In this document: positions 12,497 to 21,019 of the stretch, one piece after another | Numbering within the stretch: the first letter of the stretch is position 1 | Layout: each line of letters starts with the position of its first letter | Source: Chiloscyllium plagiosum | Lineage: Eukaryota | Assembly (NCBI RefSeq): GCF_004010195.1 | Contig: NC_057759.1 | Location: forward strand, 1,086,255 to 1,129,166 | DNA length: 42,912 bases | Reading direction: 5' to 3' | Translations under genes and position numbers: made by a program | The notes under the pieces: model-generated | Told to the model about the DNA's origin: nothing | Seen by the model: only the letters and a program-made list of their open reading frames with translations | Databases searched by the model: none

Positions 12497-13336
12497 ATGG
12501 GGAAACAGTGGAAATGTGGGGACTGTGGGAAAGGATTCCCTTCCCCATCAGTGCTGGAAACCCACAGACACATTCACACTGGGGAGAGACCGTTCACTTG
12601 CTCCGTGTGTGGGCGGGCATTCAGTCAGATGGGTCATCTGCAGAAGCACCAGCGGGTCCACACGGGAGAGATGCTGTTCACTTGCCCCGTGTGTGGGCGG
12701 GCATTCAGTCAGATGGGTCATCTGCAGAAGCACCAGCGGGTCCACACAGGAGAGAAGCTGTTCACTTGCCCCATGTGCGGGAAGGCATTTGCTCAATCAT
12801 CTGCACTACTGATCCATAACAGGGTCCACACCAGGGAGAGGCCATTCATTCACCCCTCTCAGTGCGGGAAGGGTTTTGTGAATTCTTCCAACCTGCAGAC
12901 TCACCAGCGGGTCCACACCGGAGAGAGGCCATTCACGTGCTTGGTGTGTGGGAAATGGTTTGCTTATTCATCTGCACTGCTGAACCACAAGCGGGTCAAC
13001 ACAGGGGAGAGGCCATTCACCTACTCTCTGTGCGGGAAGGAATTCATTGATTCTTCCAGCCTATGGACCTACCAGCGGGTCCACACGGGAGAGAAGCCGT
13101 TCATGTGCCCAGTATGTGGGAGGTGGTTCACGGAGTCATCTAAACTCCTGATCCACCAGCGGGTCCACACTGGGGAGAAACCTTTCATCTGCTCAGTGTG
13201 CAGGAAGAGATTCAGTCAGGTGGGATATCTGCAAAGGCACCAGCGGGTTCAGACGGGAGAAAAGCCATTCACTAACCCCGGAGCAGACTCACCGAACTGG
13301 AGACTTTTCCAGCTTTTTATTCTTTTCCAGATATAA
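12497..13336 (+). CDS. KRAB-less tandem C2H2 zinc-finger protein, 279 aa, 9 finger units (5 canonical), 3'-truncated array
   Basis: Starts MGKQWKCGDCGKGF. Fingers 1-4 and 8 are intact; fingers 5, 6, 7 and 9 lack a ligand. The array breaks after EKPFT at ~13273 and the frame ends in unrelated sequence. Confidence 0.8.
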   Translation: MGKQWKCGDCGKGFPSPSVLETHRHIHTGERPFTCSVCGRAFSQMGHLQKHQRVHTGEMLFTCPVCGRAFSQMGHLQKHQRVHTGEKLFTCPMCGKAFAQSSALLIHNRVHTRERPFIHPSQCGKGFVNSSNLQTHQRVHTGERPFTCLVCGKWFAYSSALLNHKRVNTGERPFTYSLCGKEFIDSSSLWTYQRVHTGEKPFMCPVCGRWFTESSKLLIHQRVHTGEKPFICSVCRKRFSQVGYLQRHQRVQTGEKPFTNPGADSPNWRLFQLFILFQI

Positions 13337-13584
13337 ACATTCATGTGAACAGCAGAGCAAGGCTAAAAAACATATTCCATTCTGGTTACATACAGATAAG
13401 AAGATTCACACGGGGAGGTGTGTAATAAGATTCACACGGGACTAAGCGACACCTTCCATTTTCGGTTAGATTCACACATGTATTGGGACACAATTTTAAC
13501 CCTTTCACCACATTCCACTGCTTGGCCCAATACATGTGTTACATTATGATTCACACATGTATTGGGACATAATTTTACACCACA

Positions 13585-13614
13585 AGTGCTAACCACTGTG
13601 CCACCGTGCCGCCC
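13585..13614 (-). mobile_element. HE1-like SINE head remnant (30 bp)
   Basis: Identical to 27850-27879 (agtgctaaccactgtgccaccgtgccgccc). Confidence 0.8.
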
Positions 13615-14066
13615 AAAAGAAAGCATGTTTAATTCAGCTAGGTGTGTTTTTCCTACATGATGGATCATTCAAGGCCTGTAGGAGTGATCAGTCAAGCGCA
13701 CACAGATCCGTCAGTTAACTCTTCTTCTTTACGAATTATTGTCTTTCACTGTTATCTGTTTAATTAAGAACATGCAATGTTTTTGTAAACTTTTGTATCA
13801 AGGAACACTACATCAGAGTAGCCAGCTAGTACTCTACTCCTAGTTAGAGACTAGTTCGTTTAGTTTATAGTATCAGTGTTATGTTGTTACAGTGTTGCTA
13901 TTAGTGAATGAAGGGGCTGATTAAAATTAAACTAAACAACTGTCTGTAAGAGGTTTTTATTCCAGACTTCCAAAGAGTACAATCTCCGGGATGAACCAAG
14001 AGAGAGGCTTTACAGGTCTGAATCCACAAGGGTTTACCTGGGCTGTCTCAAATCTGTACTTTAACA
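13615..14066 (+). repeat. ERV 5' LTR, part b (end of U3, R, U5)
   Basis: Aligns to ~20520-20988 and ends in TTAACA. The TATA and polyA equivalents are mutated (TGTATCAA, AATGAA). Confidence 0.9.
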
Positions 14067-14069
14067 ATT

Positions 14070-14087
14070 TGACGCTGTGAGCAGGGT
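14070..14087 (+). promoter_or_regulatory. Primer-binding site, tRNA-Ser(CGA)-type
   Basis: TGACGCTGTGAGCAGGGT lies 3 nt after the LTR. It is complementary to the vertebrate tRNA-Ser(CGA) 3' end (...CCTGCTCACAGCG-CCA), with a G>A change at position 3. Confidence 0.85.
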
Positions 14088-14400
14088 TCCAACAAGGGCT
14101 AAGTTTGAGTGAAACTGGAAAAGAGGAGCTTCACCTAAGGGTTAGACCTGAGACCAATGGGCCCACAACGTAAGATTATACCTTGGTTGCTCTTGGTCTG
14201 TATCGTCATGTGTGACTTCCCCCATTTCACTCTCACAGTACCCTGTTGGAACCTGAAATGAGATTGTTGAAATAGGTACTAAAGACAGAAACTGTCAAGT
14301 TTTACAATGTCGAGAATGCATTGCAAAATAATTAGTCTTATTGTTGTATAGTCGAGTTGTTATCTTCTAAAATGCTTGTGTGTGCGCGCACGCGGGAGAG

Positions 14401-14708
14401 AGATTAGATTACTTGCAGTGTGGAAACAGGCCCTTCGGCCCAACAAGTCCACACCGAACCGCCAAAGCTCAACCCATCCAGACCCATTCCCCTACATTTA
14501 CCCCTTCACCTAATACTAACAATGTCGCATGGCCAATTTACCTAACCTGCACATTTTTGGACTGTGGGGGGAAACCGGAGCACCCGGAGGAAACCCACGC
14601 AGGCACTGGGGGAAATGTGCAATCTCCACACAGACAGTCTGCCTGAGGTGAGAATTGAAGCCGGGTCTCCGGCGCTGTGAGGCAGCAGTGCCGTCCACTG
14701 TACCGCCC
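14401..14708 (-). mobile_element. HE1-like SINE in the ERV leader
   Basis: Full length with a (TAATC)n tail, inserted in a (GA)n tract. Confidence 0.9.
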
Positions 14709-14745
<37 letters not shown>

Positions 14746-14888
14746 CACACAAAGACTTCGTGCTAACTCTCTGCAGCTTGCAGAAAGTTGAGTGAATATT
14801 TGTGTTTTGGGTCTGTGCCCTGTCGTGACTGAGGTTGGTGCCCTGCAGATCAATAGTTCTGTGAAGATTTAAAGTAGGTAGGATAAAT

Positions 14889-15650
14889 ATGGGTGTAACT
14901 CCAGATAAGATGAAAGACAAACATCCCCTAACGGAAATAATAAGTCTGTATCCTAATTATGAGAAACAATGAAGGGAACAATCGGCTGCAGCTGCTCAAC
15001 AAAATAAGGATTGGTCTCTGGAAGACACACATGATTTAACTCTACTCATTAAAATTGAACAAGGGATTTGGGAAAAAAGGGAAGTAAGCAGAAAGAAGCC
15101 ATATGAGTGTGGAAAAAGGTAGTTTGGGAAAAATGGGAAAAATCAATGCAATCATCACGGAGACAAAACTGTATTAAACAGGGAGTTAGTCCATTAACTG
15201 AAGAAGGATCTAAATTAGATTGGACAGAACGAAAACGCAAATTTGAAGCATATGATTTAGAAGCAGAATTGCATTTGGCTAGAACAAAAGGAAAGCAAAG
15301 ATTTAGAACCTAAGCTGAGATGTCAGGAGCCCCAATGAAAAGGAAATAAGAATAAGAACAGGCTGCAGCCATGCAGGACCGGACGAATGACAGAGACTGT
15401 TCCTTATACCCCATCCTCTCCTCTCCCAAAGATCGATAAAGAATCCTGATCCATCTGTGGACTGTGGATGAGGAATGGGATTCTGATTTGGAGAAGTAAA
15501 TATTTTATGTCTCTCCTCCCATCAGCCGACCTCCTCAAGACTCACCCACAGTACGGTCAAGGCGAACAAGCTTCATAAAACAAAGTCACCTGAACCCCCC
15601 TCCCTACTCTGAGGACCAATCTGCTGAGACCCATGCCCTTCCCCAACGAA
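14889..15650 (+). pseudogene. gag: ERV gag remnant (MA and late-domain region)
   Basis: MG start (myristoylation-type), a W-x-L-E-x-T matrix-like motif, LYPIL (15404-15418) and PPPY (15596-15607) late domains; multiple stops and frameshifts. Confidence 0.72.
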
Positions 15651-16084
15651 TCATTTGTCACCGTCTGTTGGGAGTGTTACAATTGCACAGATGAGTGAAC
15701 TTAAGACCACTGATTTTGATAAATCTAACTGCTGCTTTTAAAATCAGTTTGTACTCTTTAACCAGAAGGTCAAAGAAAATGATGCACTGCTGAAAGAACC
15801 AAACATTGCTAGTTTTTCAAAAAAAAAGGTATTTCAATTTAACTTTAAAGCAACCAGAAGTGCAAGTCAAATTCAAACTAATAAAATTTAAAATTCCACT
15901 TGGAAGAATTAGGCCACCGTACAGGTTGACAATTACAACTTTGCCCCCTAAATCAGTATTTACAGACAGCCTGTGGCATTCTACTGGCACCACATTTAAA
16001 TAATTCAAGATGAAAGTACACATGGCTCCTATATGATTACTTTAAAACTGCACCCAGATTCTCACAACCATCCATACTGTGGGA

Positions 16085-17983
16085 TTGGCTGCTTCTAATA
16101 TAACTTTGCATCAAAATGTAGACGTCTGTACCACCCATTCTGCAATATCCTCGCTTACCTCTAAACGTCCTCCACTCAGAATCTGCTTGTCTCCTTAAAT
16201 ACTGCTCTCACATTAACCCGGTTACATTCCTACAGGAAGAACGTCTTGAACTGCCTGATCCTCCCCATGATTGTGTTCTCATAAATTACCTTGTTACTAA
16301 ACCACATCCTGATCTTACTAATCAGGCTCTAGTTAACCCAAACCTTACACTTTATGTCGATGGTTCTTCTTCTATCTCTCCAGAGGGCAAAAGTATGTCA
16401 GGATATGCGATTGTCACTTTTTCCCAGACACGAGAAGCTTATTCTGTCGACCCAGCAAGCTGAACTCCTTATTCTCACCTGTGCCTGTATACTTGCTAAA
16501 TGAAAGTCAGCTAATATCTATACTGATTCCCATTACGCCTTTAGATGCGCCCATAATTTTGTTCAACTTTGACACCAGCGCAGCTTCCTTAGCTCATCAG
16601 GAATTCCGACCCTCAATGTTGCCTGTGATGCTAATCTCCTCATTGCTGTTCAATTTCCCTCTCAATTAACAATTATCAAACGTTCTGCTCACTCCTCTGA
16701 TACTTCCTTTGGCACTAAAAGCAACAATTCTGCTGACTCAGCTGCTAAGAAAGCAGCTCTTGAGCAAAAAGACATGGTTACTCAAATGACGAATAGGAAA
16801 CCAAAGAGAGACTCTCCTATTTCCTCTTCTGACACCCCAACCATGCCTGACCGAGAGCAAAGACGGACCCATCAGGGGGACGCCTCTGATGAGGAAAGAC
16901 AAAGACAAAGACAAAGATGGATGAACCATGGTTGTTATGTAAGCAGTTATAACAAGCTTTGGGTTACGCCGGTAAGACAGATACATCTGCCCTACATGCT
17001 TATGTTCATATGCATATGCACGTAGGTGTGGAGGGAATGGTAGACAGAATTCTCCAAACTTGGTGGAATTCCCACCTGAAAGAAAAAGCAAAACAAGCAG
17101 CTGCAAATTGCCTAATTCGTCAAAAGTATAATCCCGGGAAAGGAATAAAGTATCCACCAGGTGAAACTCCCTTGCCAAGTGCACCTTTTGATATTATCCA
17201 GTTAGATTTTATAGTTACCTAGATGCCACGGTTATAAGTATTGCTTAGTGATAATCGATGGATTATCCATTTAGTAATGGATTGACGCATATCCCTGTAC
17301 TGCATAGCAACAACTCCTTGTAAAATTCTGTTAAGGGAAATCATACCCAGATTTGGAATACTAGTAACGGTCTCTTCTGATAATGGCCCCCAATTCTGTG
17401 TGGAGCTCAACAAGGAACTATGTCAGAGCTTGAAAATGAATCAAAAATTCCATTGTGCCAACCATCCCCAAGCAGCGGGAACTGAAGAAAGAGCCAATGG
17501 TACCCTAAAAGGTCAGCTAAGCAAATTGTTAGAAGAAGCAGGCCTTAATTGGCTGCAAGTACTTCCAATCGCCCTTTTTAATATGAGACCCATGACACAG
17601 ACAAAGACAGGATTCTCGGTGGCTGAACTAATATATTGAAAGCCCCTGAGGATTCCCTGGTCTGCATCATTAACTGCCCAACACATTGTTGATGTGCATT
17701 TCATGGCAGAATAGATGCACAGGTACCTGATTAAGCTAACCAAAGCACTGCAGTCTTATCATCAACAGGTCAAATAAGCTTATCGGATACCAGGGAAGGA
17801 AGAAGAAAGAGCTCCAACATTTAAAGACATTAACCCTGGTGACTGCTTACTATTGAAAGACTTTAATTGTGGAAAATTGGGACCCCCTGGAAAAGTCCTT
17901 ATCAAGTTCTTCTGACAACTGAAACTGCAGTAAAGGTAGAAGGTAAAGGACATTGCAAGCTTGTAGCCCCCTCACAGTTCTAG
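16085..17983 (+). pseudogene. pol: ERV pol remnant (tether, RNase H, integrase)
   Basis: INPVTFL...PHDC...PDL; RNase H LYVDGS, QQAEL and IYTDSHYAF; integrase IIQLDFI, SDNGPQF, ERANGTLK and PYQVLLTTETAVKVEG; stop at 17981-17983. Confidence 0.93.
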
Positions 17984-19399
17984 TGTTAGCACTGATACAG
18001 GCATCCGATGAAAGCCCAACCTAAGTACATGTGCACAAATGTAACCAACCCTTCTGTGATAACTCAAACCAGCTAAAACTCCAATGTGACTGTACGTATG
18101 ATACCTGTACTAATACCATTGGATGTTATGAATGCAGCTGCCCAGCTGAAACTCATTTAAACTACTCCCATTGCGTATCCAAACATCACTCTCGACCTTA
18201 TTGTCATCCTTGCAACACTTCTATGCCAGTCATCGTGAGATGGCACAATTCCATAACTTTGTCCGTTCCGTCAACTGAAAATTACTACCTTGAGATGTTC
18301 CCTTTTCAAAATGAACCATGCAGATTGCAGTATTGAACACATAGTACAGAAATCACCAAACCCTAAGGCACCTATTGCCATGAGACTGACCATTTATACC
18401 TTCTTGATGGAATCCTATCTTATCCAACCTACTGCCACCGACAGAAATACCTTTACACATTTCCTGTATTCAGTAGCTACAGTAATGAACAAAACAAGCT
18501 GGAAAGATGAAGAAAGACCAAAAATACTGTGCACTCCCAATCCTCCTCCTGTTACCAATGGTTTCTTTATTCAAGTTAAGCCCCCTGACCCGTGTGTTAT
18601 CTGCTCACACTTCCATCATTCTAATGCCTTTACCACGTTTCACCCCCACCGTGAGATGCCTGAAGTCGATGATGAATGGAACACCCACCAGCAGGTGAAT
18701 CAGTATGAAACAACAAGTAGAGGTAAAACAAAACAGGACTTACACAACGTCTTCCATCAACAAACCTGGTGGTCCAGGTTGCTGGGAGGCCTTATTCCTG
18801 GCTGGGGTATTGAAATGGCCCTAGATCAGATAAGTGACCTTGCGTATGATATCAAAAAACCTGCCAACTCGACCGCCCATGCTTTGAAACTGGTGAACAA
18901 AGAGTTACAGGAGACTCAGATGATGACGATGCAGAATCGATTAGTGCTAGATTTCCCCCTTGCTAAAGGAGGCGACACTTGTTCAGTCATTGGCCCGCAA
19001 TGTTGCACCTACATCGATGATTTCTTGAACGACATTTTGGATGATACAGATGTTATCAACAAAACGGGTCAAGATGCAGGGAAGGTACCTGCCCCACAGT
19101 CATTCAATTCATGTGGATGGAGTTTTAATTGCTGGTTATTGTCGCTGTACGGATGGATCCCGTGGGACTTACTGATAATCCTTGGTCTCATCCTAGGAAT
19201 ATACATTGCCATCCGGTTATGCATGAAATGGATCGTACATTGCTTTTCACCTAAGCCAAAGAGGAATCTGATTAATCGACCCATGTCTCCCCCTCTACTT
19301 CCATGCCCGAACTTCCATGTTGAAATCCAGTATTTTTCAGATTCTGCTCCTCCGGATGATGACTCGCCAGAGGAGGCACTTGACTTATTAAGAATATAA
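17950..19399 (+). pseudogene. env: ERV env (gamma-type TM) with N-terminal EGF-like module
   Basis: Signal peptide PLTVLVLALIQA overlaps the pol end. Stop at 18022-18024 and a frameshift at ~18300-18400. CVIC, fusion peptide WWSRLLGGLIPGWGI, ISD MQNRLVLDFPLAKGG, CX6CC (CSVIGPQCC), a TM helix and a cytoplasmic tail. Confidence 0.93.
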
Positions 19400-19445
19400 A
19401 TTGACTGAATGGACTAAGTATACTTGTAAAAGCCAAGTAGTTGTC

Positions 19446-19467
19446 ATGAAATGACAAAACAAGGGAA
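19446..19467 (+). promoter_or_regulatory. Polypurine tract (decayed)
   Basis: ...AAAACAAGGGAA immediately precedes the TG of the 3' LTR. Confidence 0.7.
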
Positions 19468-20988
19468 TGAGAAAGTCTATAGCCTTAAAACCTCTCTTTA
19501 AACATTTAGACAAAAATATAATGCTGAATTATAGAACACATTTACTGCACTAGAAAATAGACAGGCAGGAAGGCTCAGAAAAAGGGGGGATCTCAGGGAA
19601 TGCAGAAGATAGGGACATCTGGGCCCACCAAATGATAACAGGATGCTAAGGCAAAGTTCTTAATTGCCTTACAGCATCGGTGAATCTGTGTGAATAGGAC
19701 ACCAAGTGATAACATTCACAGTAGCTCCCTTGTGAAATTAATGAGTGTGTTTCTTTCTGACCCTGAAACGGAACTCGGTACTATCAGAAGATTTGTAATT
19801 AATGGCAGGATGCTGCCAATTATAATGGATCCTTATTAACCCTTGCAAGCGGGGCAGACAGAGAGAGAGAGAAAAAAATCTTTGTTGACTTGAGAGTTCA
19901 AAAGGCCTTTAGAGGGAGAGACCATTTTAGTGCTGAGGCTATTGGAGCCTGTAGAAAATTAACACTTAGTGCTTATCTGCTATGGATTGAATTTAACTGC
20001 ATTTTGGGACTCTATGATGCTATTGAGTAGCCATTACCAGTTATTAAATCCAAACTCTGCAAGAGGTAATATTAATGAAGTTTTAACTTACTTGCTGTTC
20101 TTGCAGACAACTCTACAGAACTTACAGACTGCCCCACAGTCAATTCTAACTAGTCAGATCTTATGTCTTGTTTGAATTTGAATCAAACTTGCAGAGAGTG
20201 TTTAATTCGAGACTAATTATTCATTTTAAATACAACCTTGCAGTAACATTTCAGCCTCAGGTACAGAATGATTCTGTGCTTAATATAGAAAGCAGGAATC
20301 TGCTCCCAGCTTAAAATTATTCTAAACCTAACATTGAAGAGATTCTGACACAATCTGTCAGGAAGCCATGTTATGGTCAAAAATTTGCCTTCTTTGCTAA
20401 GAAGCCATTTCGTAAAACAATGATATCAGATATGCGAGCTGTGCAAGATTACCTTATGACATCTCCCACTTAATTTAGACTGGTACTTCTTTATAGGAAC
20501 TTATCTCGCGAGCAAATGCTTAACTCAGCTAGGTATGTTTTTCCTACCGGATGGATAGCTCAAGGTCTGTAGGAGTGATCAGTCAAGCGCACACAAATCT
20601 GTCAATTAACTTTTCTTCCCTACGAATTATTGTCTTTCACTGTTATCTGTCTAATTAAAAACATGCAATGTTTTTGTAAACTTTTGTATAAAAGAAGTCA
20701 CTTTGTAGCAGTACACCGGAGTAGCCTGTTAGAGCACTTGAGGAGATGGTACCCCACTCTCCTAGGATATTTAAACTCGTTAGTTTAGCTTATAGGTATC
20801 AGTGTGATGTTGTAACAGTGATACTATTATTGAATAAAGGAGATGACTAAAATTAAATTAAACTGTCTGTAAGAGGTTTTTATTGCAGACTTCCAAAGAG
20901 TACGATCTCTGGGATGAACCAAGAGACAGGTTTACAGGTCTGAGTCCACAAGGGATTCCCTGGGCTTTCTCAACTCTGTATTTTGACA
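19468..20988 (+). repeat. ERV 3' LTR, complete, 1521 bp
   Basis: TG...CA termini; TATAAAA at 20687-20693; AATAAA at 20833-20838. Confidence 0.93.
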
Positions 20989-21019
20989 TAACCACCCGAA
21001 GCCTGGAGGAAGAACGCCT

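Larger units (their letters stand above)
9718..20988 (+). mobile_element. Defective class I endogenous retrovirus (provirus)
   Basis: TG...CA termini; TAAC duplicated at 9714-9717 and 20989-20992 with contiguous Penelope flanks; PBS, gag, pol, env, PPT and LTR in canonical order. Confidence 0.93.

Noticed and set aside
13401..13580. CRISPR-like repeats
   Set aside because: Eukaryotic context, irregular spacing, mixed orientation and no cas genes.
18290..19399. 369-aa open env frame as a domesticated syncytin-like gene
   Set aside because: The start region is deleted (the WIHAS codons are missing), there is a stop after the signal peptide and a frameshift, the furin site is mutated (KTKQ), and there are Pro substitutions in the heptad and ISD. 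This fits decay rather than exaptation.
19969..20175. Small ORF conserved in both LTRs as an accessory gene
   Set aside because: GTG start, a 25-bp indel between the copies and no recognisable motif; LTR identity alone explains the conservation.
20965..20972. CTTTCTCA as the LTR end (perfect inverse of TGAGAAAG)
   Set aside because: Both the PBS position and the TSD place the end 16 nt further on, at 20988.
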